Positions 47,907 through 57,348 of a stretch of 64,000 nt of DNA are shown here, one piece after another (position 1 is the first letter of the stretch; each line of letters opens with the position of its first letter). A program made the position numbers and the translations under genes. This DNA comes from Aggregatilineales bacterium (GTDB lineage: Bacteria > Chloroflexota > Anaerolineae > Aggregatilineales > Phototrophicaceae): the NCBI GenBank assembly GCA_963667305.2, contig CAXXWG010000008.1, forward strand, positions 165,913-229,912, read 5' to 3'. Under the pieces are notes generated by a model. The model did no database searches and was not told the DNA's origin. It worked only from the letters and a program-made list of their open reading frames with translations.

Positions 47907-49647
47907 ATGAACAGGAAATTACCGATATCGCAAGGTTCCTTTTCCCGCAGGGACTTCCTGCGGGGTAGCAGTATTGGTCTTGCCGCGGCGATGACCAGTC
48001 GCTACGGCCTGACGATGGCTCAGGATGTGTCCGGTATTCCACAGGAATTGATCCCGGGCAGCCCGGGTCATCCCCGGGGCTGGACAACGACTTTGCCACC
48101 GATTCCCGAGGGGATGCCCGTGTCGCCACCGGTGACCATTAGCGGCAGCCGACGCGCCCCCTGGGAGTTCGCGGAAGGCGACGACATCGAAAATTCACCA
48201 TTCACGCGTCTGAGATGCGGCGGCGCTGGGCATTAACTGGAAACTGGCCTTCAGCTGGGTCGATGAAGATGAAGGCTTGCAGAAATACAATCTGGCGGTC
48301 GCCAGCGGGGAATTGCCAGACTTCATGGAGACAGTGCCGCTTCAGGTCTACTCGGACCTGCTGGAAAACGACCTGCTGGAAGACATCACGGACGTTTATG
48401 AGGAGGCTGCCAGCCAGGAGTGGATCAAGGACCCGCTTTCCTTTGGTGGGGGCGTCGCCTGGCGACTGGCGGAAGTTAATGGTCGCAAGATGGGCTTTCC
48501 CTATATCGAACAGGCAGCGCAAAACGACAAGGTCATGTGGCTGCGTGAGGACTGGCTGGAAGCGGTGGGCATGGGCGCACCGACAACGGTCGAAGAACTG
48601 CACGCTGTGGCCAGCGCCTTCAAGAATGCGGACCTTGGGCAGGGCGGTGACGGCACGACTCTGGGGCTGGTAGCCTGCAACACGCTGGATGCCTGGTATG
48701 GCTCGCTCGATCCGGTCTTTGGCGCCTGGGGTGTCATGCCTGGCTCGTGGACGCCTGATGCCAATGGCGACCTGGAGTACAACAGCGTGCGGCCGGAAAT
48801 AAAGGAAGTGCTCTCCGTGCTGCGGGACTGGTATGCGGAGGGCCTGTTTGCGCAGGATTTCTTCACGCTGCGCCCCGGACAGACGGCCTTCGCCCACGTG
48901 GGCGCAAACGTCGTCGGCCTGCACTTCTCGCCCGCCTTTGCCGCCGTGTTTGGCTTGCCGGACAGCGTCGCCAATGAATCGGAAGCGCGCTGGACCTTTG
49001 CCGACATCCCGGCCGGTCCAACCGGCATCAAAAAGAAGTCCTGGAGCAACCCGGTGCCCAACACCGTCTACTGCTTCCGCAAGGGCTTTGAACACGTCGA
49101 CCTGGTTTTGAAGCAGATCGGCTGGTGGGCAGAATTGATGCAGAACCCGGCCAACCGCTACCATGGTTGGGAAGGCACGGACTACTTCTGGAATGGAGAC
49201 GAACTGGACCTGAACGGCTACGACAGCTCCAAGCACTTCTTCGGCCCCCCCGGGACCAATGGTGGCAGCCGCACCGATCCCTTCTTCGAGGCCAATTCGA
49301 TCAAGTACCGCCAGGCGGAGTGGCCCAACACGCCCGAAGACCAGCGCGACGCCATAATGGACGCCTTCCTGGGCAAGGACCCGCTGTCGCAACTTTGGGA
49401 TCAGGCCAACGTATTCGCCATTGATCGCTGGGAGCATGACGGCATTCGCAACCACTTCACCACCTTACCCACGGAAACCATGAAGCGTGCCGGCACCTCG
49501 CTGGATGGTCTGGAGCAGGAAACGCTGTTCAACATCATCATCGGGCAGGAGCCGCTGGACCGCTTCGACTCCTTCGTCGAAGAATGGCGCTCGGGTGGCG
49601 GTGACCGCATCACCGGCGAAGTCAACGAGTGGTACCACGGAAGCTGA
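47907..49647 (+). pseudogene. large family-1 extracellular solute-binding protein (sugar ABC) interrupted by a +1 frameshift near 48213-48217
   Basis: ORF 47850..48236 carries the Tat-type signal SRRDFLRGSSIGLAAAM and ...DDIENSPFTRL. The protein continues in the +1 frame as DAAALGINWKLAFSWVDEDEGLQKYNLAVASGELPDF (ORF 48277..49647). The break lies in the GC repeat GCGGCGGCGC. Confidence 0.75.
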
Positions 49648-49654
49648 ACTGACG

Positions 49655-49693
49655 GGCCGGGGTAGCGTTTCCAGCCCCGGCCTTTCCCCTTTC
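49655..49693 (+). terminator. stem-loop / partial terminator between SBP and permease genes
   Basis: GGCCGGGG (49655-49662) / CCCCGGCC (49675-49682) 8-bp GC stem with a 12-nt loop, followed by TTTCCCCTTTC. Confidence 0.45.
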
Positions 49694-49756
49694 TGGCAGG
49701 GACAAGCGCTGGTGATTGCGGGCCAAACCAAAAGGCATGAGCCGCTGCGCGCCTAC

Positions 49757-50638
49757 ATGAGGCGTAGTTGGCCGCTGTACGCCATGATTCTGCCGGGCCT
49801 GCTTTTCATCCTGCTCTTTCGCTATCTGCCGATGTATGGCGTGATCATTGCCTTCCAGGATTTCAGCCCGGCGAGGGGCTTTGCCGCGTCCCGCTGGGTC
49901 GGTTTTGACAATTTTGATTTTCTGTTTTCCCTGCCGGAATTCAGTCGCATTCTCGGCAACACTGTAATCATCGCCGTACTCAAGCTGGCCCTCGACCAGC
50001 TGGGCGCCATCGTGCTGGCCCTGTTGATCAACGAGGCGCGCAACCTGGTGTTTCGCCGGTCGATCCAGACCCTGATCTATTTGCCTCACTTTCTGTCCTG
50101 GATTGTGCTGGGCGGCATTCTGCTTGATATCCTCTCGCCCTTCGGCATCGTCAACAATCTTGTGCGGGCACTGGGACAGGAGCCGCAACTGTTCCTCGGT
50201 AGCAACGACTGGTTTCGCATCACTATCGTTGGTTCCAGCCTCTGGAAAGGGGTGGGCTTTTCCACGGTCGTCTATCTCGCTGCCCTGACCGCCATCAGCC
50301 CAACACTGCAGGAAGCGGCAGCGATTGACGGCGCCGGACGTTTCCGACGAATATGGCATATCATCCTGCCAGGGATTCGGCCGACGATTGTGCTTCTGGC
50401 GGCGCTCAGCCTGGGCGATGTCCTGCAGGCCGGTTTCGAACAGATTCTGACGCTCTACAGCCCGGCGGTTTACCGCACCGGCGACATCATCGATACCTAC
50501 GTTTACCGCGTGGGTCTGGTTTCCGCGCAGTACAGCCTTGCCGGCGCCGTGGGTCTGTTCAAGTCGGTCATCGGTTTCGTCCTCATCGTCGCTTCCTACT
50601 GGCTCGCGGACCGTTACGCGGGCTATCGAATTCTCTAG
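49757..50638 (+). CDS. carbohydrate ABC transporter permease (LplB/MalF-like)
   Basis: N-terminus MRRSWPLYAMILPGLLFILLFRYLPMYGVIIAF and EAA loop EAAAIDGAGRFRRIWHIILPGIRP. Start trimmed to ATG 49757. Confidence 0.85.
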   Translation: MRRSWPLYAMILPGLLFILLFRYLPMYGVIIAFQDFSPARGFAASRWVGFDNFDFLFSLPEFSRILGNTVIIAVLKLALDQLGAIVLALLINEARNLVFRRSIQTLIYLPHFLSWIVLGGILLDILSPFGIVNNLVRALGQEPQLFLGSNDWFRITIVGSSLWKGVGFSTVVYLAALTAISPTLQEAAAIDGAGRFRRIWHIILPGIRPTIVLLAALSLGDVLQAGFEQILTLYSPAVYRTGDIIDTYVYRVGLVSAQYSLAGAVGLFKSVIGFVLIVASYWLADRYAGYRIL

Positions 50639-50646
50639 GTGTTGCG

Positions 50647-51528
50647 GTGATTCGCGAAAACAGTCTCTCCAGCCGCCTTTTTGATATTGGCAATCACCTG
50701 TTTCTGGTCGGGTTTGCCCTGCTTTGCCTGTTGCCCCTGATTCATATTTTTGCCGTGTCGCTCAGTGGTCGCGGTCCGGCCAACGGTGGCCTTGTTTCTT
50801 TCTGGCCGCTGGATTTCACGCTGGAAAACTACGACCAGGTGATTGGCTCAAGGGTATTCCTGCGCTCCCTCTTCATTTCCCTGCAACGCGTCATTCTGGG
50901 CGTGAGTCTCAACATGGCGTTGATTGTGCTCTGCGCCTATCCGCTTTCAAAGTCGCCGCGCGTTTTTCGCGGTCGAACCCTGTTGATCTGGCTGTTCGTC
51001 TTCGCCATGCTCTTCGATGGCGGGCTAATCCCCACCTTTCTTGTGATTCGCAGCCTGGGTCTGATCAACAAACTGGGCGCGCTGATTTTGCCCAACGCCG
51101 TGCCCATCTTCAGCGTCATCCTGATGATGAATTTCTTTCGCGATGTCCCGCCTGAACTGGAGGAATCGGCCCTGATCGATGGCGCTTCCTACTGGCAGGT
51201 GTTGTGGCACATATACCTGCCGCTGTCACTTCCGGCAATCGCCACGCTTACGCTGTTTGCAGCGGTCGGTCACTGGAACGCCTGGTTTGACGGTCTGATT
51301 TACATGACCGACTCGAGCAACTACCCGATGCAGACCTATTTGCGCACGGTGGTGGTTGAACTGGACCTGACGAGGGTGGGCATTACGCCGAAAGACTTGC
51401 TGCGCCTCTCCGACCGGGCGATTCGAGGCGCGCAAATCATCGTGGCAACCGTGCCAATTCTATTGGTCTACCCCTTTCTGCAACGCTACTTCATCGCCGG
51501 CATCCGTCTGGGCGCCGTGAAGGAATAG
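50647..51528 (+). CDS. carbohydrate ABC transporter permease (LplC/MalG-like)
   Basis: GTG 50647 gives VIRENSLSSRLFDIGNHLFLVGFALLCLLPL. EAA loop ESALIDGASYWQVLWHIYLPLSLP. Confidence 0.85.
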   Translation: MIRENSLSSRLFDIGNHLFLVGFALLCLLPLIHIFAVSLSGRGPANGGLVSFWPLDFTLENYDQVIGSRVFLRSLFISLQRVILGVSLNMALIVLCAYPLSKSPRVFRGRTLLIWLFVFAMLFDGGLIPTFLVIRSLGLINKLGALILPNAVPIFSVILMMNFFRDVPPELEESALIDGASYWQVLWHIYLPLSLPAIATLTLFAAVGHWNAWFDGLIYMTDSSNYPMQTYLRTVVVELDLTRVGITPKDLLRLSDRAIRGAQIIVATVPILLVYPFLQRYFIAGIRLGAVKE

Positions 51529-51557
51529 GGGCGACCGTCAGCAAGGCGAGGGACCTT

Positions 51558-53762
51558 ATGTCAGTAAAACCAGACTTTGGCGGGCGGTTCCCCTTTGGGA
51601 CCCATGTTTACCGTGAACCCTGTCTGGACCTGGAAGCCGTGCTGGCGGACCTGCCGCTGCTGAAGCGCCTGGGGTTCAACATGATCAAGATCCAGGAGCA
51701 CTGGAGCACGGACGAACCGGAAGAAGGCCGTTACGAGTTTGGCAGGGTGGACCGCGTGATCGCCCACGCCGGCGAACTTGGGCTGGGCGTCTATCTGGGT
51801 TTGACGATGGAACAGGCGCCGACGTGGCTCTGGCGCAAATTCCCGGACTGCCACCTTGTCGCTGCGGACGGGCGCAGCCACATGACTCCCACGCAATACA
51901 CAATCCCCATGGACGGCAAACCGGGCCCCTGCTGGGACCACTCGGGAGCGCGCCATGCGGCGGAACGCTTCATCGCCGAACTGGCGCAATGCCTGGGCCG
52001 ACACGAAAACATATGGGCCTGGAACACCTTTCAGGAGATTGGCTTCTGGCCCAATCAGGCGGGCAAGACCGGCTTTTGCTACTGTCCCCACACACTGGCA
52101 CGCTTTCGCAAATGGCTGGGAGCGCGCTATGGCTCGCTGTCCGCACTCAACGCCGCCTGGCAATTGAATCACGCCAGTTGGCAGGACGTCGAGCCGCCGA
52201 GGCGTCAGGAACCGGTTGCGCCTTTCATCGACTGGCGCTATTTCATGGATGACGTCACATTGACGCGCAATCTCGACTTCAAAACGGCGGCCCTGCGCGC
52301 GCATGACCCACTGCAGCGGCCGGTCTTCAGCCATGCCGACACGCCGCGCATCGCTTCGGGCGCGGAGTGGCGCTGGGCGCGCGCCGCCGATTTCTTCGGC
52401 ACCAGCAACTACCCGATGTGGAACAACGGCCAGGCCTGGGACGACCCGGTCACTGATGAAGCCGGTGCGCGCTGCAATGAGCTGTGGGAAGAGATGATGA
52501 TGTGCACCGACCTGGCGCGTTGCAACAATGGACGCGACCGCGCGCTGTGGGGCGCGGAATTTCAGGGCGGGCCGATCGTGACGTCGCTGCATATCAGCCG
52601 CACGCCGACTGCAGCCGACTTGCGCCGCTGGATGCTGGCGGGACTCGCCTGCGGCATGACCGGGATCAGTTTCTGGAATCACCGGCCCGAGCGCTTCTGG
52701 AAGGAAGGCAACGGTTTCGGCCTGCTGGACCACTTTGGAGACAGCACCGAACGCATGGCTGCCGCCAGCGCAATCGGCCGCCGCATTCAGCAACACGCGC
52801 GCTTTTTCTCCCAAAGCCAGGCGCCACGGGCGCGGGTCGCGCTGCTGGTTAACGAGGACCTGTATCACTTCTTTCAGGCCTGCAATGGCGACGTGCAATA
52901 TCACTACATGTACAACCTGCGGGGCTGGTATGCGCGTTTGTGGCGCCTCGGCATCCCCGTCGATTTTGTCGACGCTGCCGACGTCGGCGCCGGGGAATTG
53001 CGACATTACAGCGCGGCCGTGCTGTGTATGCCTCTGGCACTGGAAGCGGACTGGTTCGCCCATCTCGTCAGATTTGTTGACGAGGGCGGCACCCTGATCA
53101 GCGAAGCCTGCCCCGGCCGCTACGACCGCCTCGGCTGGACGACGCGCGCGCAACTGGCCGATGGAGCTGAAACCTTGTTTGGCGCATCACATGAAAGTCT
53201 GACGCTGGTGCATGAACCGGCGCGGCCTGGCCGCTGGATGCCGCAGGAGCGACGTTATGGTGAATTTGAAGCCGCGACCGTTTTGCAGGGCGTGGAAGAC
53301 TTTGACGGCGCCCAGGTGCTGGCAAACTTCTGGCTGCAGACCTTGCGGCCGGAACGGGCGGAGCCCATCTTGCGGGCAGGGGAAAGGGTCGCAGCGACGC
53401 GAAACGCTTGCGGTGAAGGGCAGGCCATCTTGCTGGGCAGCTTCCTCGGGATGAGCGCCATGGCTCACCGCGTAGCAGATGCGGGCACGGACGAATTTGT
53501 CCTGCGCCTGCTTGAAGGCGCAGGAGTGAGGCCGGACCGATGTGGCGGCCTGTTGCGGCGGCGGCGACAGCTGGAGGGAGAACATGCCTGGTTCCTTGTC
53601 AATCCCGCCGCGGAAGCATGTGAAGAAGTGGTCGGGCTGGAAGGCCTGGGACTGATTGGCGACCTGACGGGAGACGCGATCTTGCAAGAGTCGCAGACCT
53701 GCGCAATTGTGCGCGTGCCGGGAGGCAGCGTGAGTTGTCTCTTGCTTCGTTCTCAGGACTGA
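51558..53762 (+). CDS. glycoside hydrolase family 42-like (beta-galactosidase-like)
   Basis: 734 aa. N-terminal TIM-barrel region LKRLGFNMIKIQEHWSTDEPEEGRYEF resembles GH42, and the three-domain length fits. The acid/base region reads WNTFQEIG rather than the NE motif I recall for GH42. Confidence 0.7.
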   Translation: MSVKPDFGGRFPFGTHVYREPCLDLEAVLADLPLLKRLGFNMIKIQEHWSTDEPEEGRYEFGRVDRVIAHAGELGLGVYLGLTMEQAPTWLWRKFPDCHLVAADGRSHMTPTQYTIPMDGKPGPCWDHSGARHAAERFIAELAQCLGRHENIWAWNTFQEIGFWPNQAGKTGFCYCPHTLARFRKWLGARYGSLSALNAAWQLNHASWQDVEPPRRQEPVAPFIDWRYFMDDVTLTRNLDFKTAALRAHDPLQRPVFSHADTPRIASGAEWRWARAADFFGTSNYPMWNNGQAWDDPVTDEAGARCNELWEEMMMCTDLARCNNGRDRALWGAEFQGGPIVTSLHISRTPTAADLRRWMLAGLACGMTGISFWNHRPERFWKEGNGFGLLDHFGDSTERMAAASAIGRRIQQHARFFSQSQAPRARVALLVNEDLYHFFQACNGDVQYHYMYNLRGWYARLWRLGIPVDFVDAADVGAGELRHYSAAVLCMPLALEADWFAHLVRFVDEGGTLISEACPGRYDRLGWTTRAQLADGAETLFGASHESLTLVHEPARPGRWMPQERRYGEFEAATVLQGVEDFDGAQVLANFWLQTLRPERAEPILRAGERVAATRNACGEGQAILLGSFLGMSAMAHRVADAGTDEFVLRLLEGAGVRPDRCGGLLRRRRQLEGEHAWFLVNPAAEACEEVVGLEGLGLIGDLTGDAILQESQTCAIVRVPGGSVSCLLLRSQD

Positions 53763-54757
53763 TTGAGGCGCGGATCGACGACGTAATAGAGCATGTCTAC
53801 CAGTGTGTTCATGAGGACATAGGCCAGGGCCACCACGATGACGGCGGCCTGCACCACAGAATAGTCTCGCGAAAGAATCCCTTCCAGCAGCAGCCTGCCC
53901 AGCCCCGGCCATGCGAAGACCGCTTCGGTGATGACTGCGCCGCCCAGCAGGGCGCCAAACTGCAGGCCCTGCAAGGTGATGACCGGCAGGATGGCGTTGC
54001 GCAGCGCATGGCGCAAGGCCACGCTGCGTTCTCCCAGTCCCTTGCCCCGGGCCGTGCGAACATAGGAGCTGTGCAGTTCCTCCAGCATGGCCGCGCGCGT
54101 CAGACGGGTAACGAAACCGGTCGAGGTGATGCCGATGGCGAGGGAGGGCAGGATGAGATGGTGCAGGAAACTCAGCAGCGCTTCACGGTTGCCGGTGAGC
54201 AAATGGTCTACCAGCATGAAATTGGTGATGATTTCATAACTCAGGCGGGGGTCGATGCGACCGCTGGTGGGCGCGACGCGAAGGCGAACTGCGAAGACGA
54301 TCACCAGCATGATGGCGACCCAGAACCAGGGCAGGGACATGCCGGTGATAGCCAGCAGGCGCAGGGCATTATCGACCAGACGGCGGCGCGTCACTGCCGC
54401 AAGGACTCCGATGACGATGCCGGCGATCGTGCTGAACACCATGGCGACCAGCGCCAGCTCGATGGTTGGCGGGACGCGTTCGAACAGCAGGCGATTGATT
54501 GGTACGCCGGAACTCATGGAAATGCCGGTGTCGCCGGACAGCAGGGCGCGCATGAAATTCACGTACTGCAGGTGAATCGGCTTGTCCAGGTGCCACTGGG
54601 CTTCAATGCGCGCAATGGCAACCGGGTCCACAAGCTGGTTGCTGATGGACTGAATCGGGTTGCCGGGCACGAGACGCAGGGCGAAGAAGGTGAGGGTCGT
54701 AACGGCCCAGAGGACGATCGGTAGCCAGATCAGACGACGAATAAACCAGGCGAGCAC
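53753..54757 (-). CDS. peptide/nickel-type ABC transporter permease (DppB/OppB-like)
   Basis: MLAWFIRRLIWLPIVLWAVTTLTFFALRLVPGNP and EAA loop YVRTARGKGLGERSVALRHALRNAILP. The 3' end overlaps the GH42-like stop by 10 nt (convergent). Confidence 0.88.
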   Translation of the reverse strand: MLAWFIRRLIWLPIVLWAVTTLTFFALRLVPGNPIQSISNQLVDPVAIARIEAQWHLDKPIHLQYVNFMRALLSGDTGISMSSGVPINRLLFERVPPTIELALVAMVFSTIAGIVIGVLAAVTRRRLVDNALRLLAITGMSLPWFWVAIMLVIVFAVRLRVAPTSGRIDPRLSYEIITNFMLVDHLLTGNREALLSFLHHLILPSLAIGITSTGFVTRLTRAAMLEELHSSYVRTARGKGLGERSVALRHALRNAILPVITLQGLQFGALLGGAVITEAVFAWPGLGRLLLEGILSRDYSVVQAAVIVVALAYVLMNTLVDMLYYVVDPRLNQS

Positions 54758-54760
54758 AAG

Positions 54761-55660
54761 TCACCTGGACTGGTTGCGCATATAGGGATCGAGGCGGTCC
54801 CGCAAGCCGTCGCCGATGAAATTGACGCTGAGCACGGTCAGGGTAAGGCAAAGCCCGGGAAAAAAGGGCACGTGGGCCGCGTCAAAGAGCAGGGACTGGC
54901 CGTCGGCAATCATCATGCCCCAGTCAGGGGTTCCGGTCTCGACGCCGAGGCCGAGAAAATTGAGTGCGGTGGCGGAAGAGATGGTGACGGCCAGCATGGC
55001 GCTGGCGTGCACCAGAACGGGCGGCAGCATGTTCGGCAGGATGTGACGCTGAACGATGGCGGGATCCCTGGCGCCAAGGGCGCGGGCGGCGACCACGTAT
55101 TCCTGATTCATCAGGAGCAGGACGACGGCGCGCGCGAGCCGCGCGAAAACCGGCACCTGGGCCACGCCAACGGCGATAATCAGGTTGCCGGGCCCTGTGC
55201 CCAGCGTGGTAACCACGAGAATTGCCAGCAAAATGGACGGAAAGCTGAGCATGATGTCCATGCAACGCATCAGCAGGACATCCAGCCGCCCCCCCAGGTA
55301 GCCTCCGGGTATACCGATACCGAGGCCGAAGACAAACGAGAGCGCCAGGGCCAGGAAGCCGGTGCCCAACACGCTGCGACCACCGTGAAGGACGCGACTG
55401 AAGACGTCCCGTCCGATTTCGTCCGTGCCGAAGGGATACTCAAGCGAAGGCGCCTTCAGGCGGTTCTTGATGTCCCGCTGCCCCGGGTCCCGCGGAGCGA
55501 TGGTCGTGGCCAGCAGACTGGCCAGCAAAATAAAGGCAAAAAAAATGGCGCCGGGCAGGGCAATGTCCCAGGTGCGCCACAGGCGCAGGAGTAAAGGGGA
55601 CCGTGATTTGTAAATCGGGGACAGGGCGTCAGCCCCGTCCCCGACCTGCATTGTCGCCAC
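54761..55660 (-). CDS. peptide/nickel-type ABC transporter permease (DppC/OppC-like)
   Basis: OppC-type N-terminus EYPFGTDEIGRDVFSRVLHGG and EAA loop AARALGARDPAIVQRHILPN. Confidence 0.88.
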   Translation of the reverse strand: MATMQVGDGADALSPIYKSRSPLLLRLWRTWDIALPGAIFFAFILLASLLATTIAPRDPGQRDIKNRLKAPSLEYPFGTDEIGRDVFSRVLHGGRSVLGTGFLALALSFVFGLGIGIPGGYLGGRLDVLLMRCMDIMLSFPSILLAILVVTTLGTGPGNLIIAVGVAQVPVFARLARAVVLLLMNQEYVVAARALGARDPAIVQRHILPNMLPPVLVHASAMLAVTISSATALNFLGLGVETGTPDWGMMIADGQSLLFDAAHVPFFPGLCLTLTVLSVNFIGDGLRDRLDPYMRNQSR

Positions 55661-55677
55661 TGGCGACTCCGTAGTTT

Positions 55678-57240
55678 CTACTGGTCCAGCCAGACGTTGC
55701 GGAAATTCGCGCGACCGGCTGCGGTACCCTGCGTATCCACGCCCTGAACGTGCTCGCGCACGAAGATTGGCGGCTGCAGGTAACCGAGATAAGCCATGAT
55801 CATCATGTCAAGGGCCAGCGCCTGGATCTCCTCGTAGACCTCTGAGCGGGCAGCCGGGTCCACCACGGCGATTCCCATGTCAACCAGTTCGTTCAGATAG
55901 TCTGCCTCTTCGAGACCGGCGTGGTGTGTCTGCCCGCCGCCGTAGACGGTGTTCAGGATGATGGCCTTGTCATGCGGATCAGGCAGGAAAGTTGAGCGCT
56001 GGGTCATCGAAATCTGCGCCAGCCCCTCGTTGACCTTGCCCAGGAAAGAGCCGGTGTCGAGCCGGTCGAGAGTGACGTCAAAGCCGACGGCTTCGAGGTC
56101 CACCGCGACAAGCTCGGCCAGCAAGGGCCAGAAACGGTTGTTTTCGAAGGTAACCGTTACGGGAATCGGAGTCTCCAGACCCGACTCAGCCAGAAGTTCA
56201 CGGGCCAGATCGGGGTCGTAGCGGCTGGTCTCCATGCCGGCCGGGTCGAAACCCAGATCGTTGGGGCCCAGGATGCTGGCCGGGTGTTGGGCCAGCCCGC
56301 TGAGGCCGCCCTCAATGATGGCGTCGCGGTCGATGGCGTGGTTGACGGCCCGGCGCACCAGCACGTTGTCAAGCGGCGCCTGGGTCACGTTGAGGGGCAT
56401 AAAGAGATTGACAAGCGGCGCTCCCACCTCGATGCGCAGGTCATCTCCCTCGTCGGCGGTGATACGATCGACCGAGGTGAAGGGGGCGTACAAGGTCAGA
56501 TCGACCTCGCCGGCCTCCAGCGCTGCCAAAATCGAGGCTTCGTCCGGCCAGGCACGGATGATGATTTGATCCAGCCAGGGTCGGCCGGCCCAATAGTCTT
56601 CGTTGGCCGCCAGCACAGCTTCCTGACCGGGCACAAAGCGCTCCACGCGATAAGGACCGGCCATGGACATGTTAAGGCCCACTTCCTGTCCGTATTCATC
56701 CATGGCCTTCGGGCTGATGATGTAGCCGTCGGGACGTGTGAAGACCAGCAACTGGGTAGCGTTTGGTTGTTTAAGGGTCAGTTGCACAGTCAGGTCATCG
56801 AGCGCTTCCAGAGATTCCCAGTTTTCGAATCCCTGGTTGAAGTACATGTACATACCCTCAATGTAGCTGGGGTCATCCGTGGCGACGGGGCGCAACATGC
56901 TGCGCACCACGGCCTGGGCAGTCACCGGCTCGCCGTCATGGAAGACCATGTCCGGGCGAATGTTGAAGGTGTAGACAAGGCCGTCGTCCGAAATTGTCCA
57001 GCTTTCGGCCAGCCCGGGTTTGGCTGCGCCGGTCTCAAAGTCAGCCTGGACCAGTCCCTCACCAATAGAATCGATGACGTGCAGCCCGCCGAAGCCGTGC
57101 CAGAAGCCGATGTCCAGCGAATCACCCATAATCTCGGCCGCAACGACCAGAGTGCCTCCCTGGCGCGGTTCCTGTGCGTTGACGGCGCCCGAAACCAGGA
57201 CCAGAATGAGCACCAACGACAAGGTAAACAGTTTTCGCAT
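55678..57240 (-). CDS. ABC transporter substrate-binding protein, family 5 (peptide/nickel type)
   Basis: 520 aa. Signal peptide MRKLFTLSLVLILVLVSGAVNAQ. Family-5 SBP layout. Lies 17 nt upstream of the permease genes. Confidence 0.88.
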   Translation of the reverse strand: MRKLFTLSLVLILVLVSGAVNAQEPRQGGTLVVAAEIMGDSLDIGFWHGFGGLHVIDSIGEGLVQADFETGAAKPGLAESWTISDDGLVYTFNIRPDMVFHDGEPVTAQAVVRSMLRPVATDDPSYIEGMYMYFNQGFENWESLEALDDLTVQLTLKQPNATQLLVFTRPDGYIISPKAMDEYGQEVGLNMSMAGPYRVERFVPGQEAVLAANEDYWAGRPWLDQIIIRAWPDEASILAALEAGEVDLTLYAPFTSVDRITADEGDDLRIEVGAPLVNLFMPLNVTQAPLDNVLVRRAVNHAIDRDAIIEGGLSGLAQHPASILGPNDLGFDPAGMETSRYDPDLARELLAESGLETPIPVTVTFENNRFWPLLAELVAVDLEAVGFDVTLDRLDTGSFLGKVNEGLAQISMTQRSTFLPDPHDKAIILNTVYGGGQTHHAGLEEADYLNELVDMGIAVVDPAARSEVYEEIQALALDMMIMAYLGYLQPPIFVREHVQGVDTQGTAAGRANFRNVWLDQ

Positions 57241-57348
57241 TTTGAACGCTCCTTTTCCTTGACAATCAATCTTGCGATATTCCGATCCTATTATGGCAAT
57301 TGCCGGGCAGAATTGCGACTCTGCCTGTCTTCACGCCAGCCCCGGCCT

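Noticed and set aside
48207-48236. Programmed +1 ribosomal frameshift in the SBP gene
   Set aside because: There is no RF2-like shifty stop with an upstream SD, and no known recoding signal. The break lies in a GCG repeat where indels or sequencing errors are likely. I treated it as a pseudogene or assembly error.
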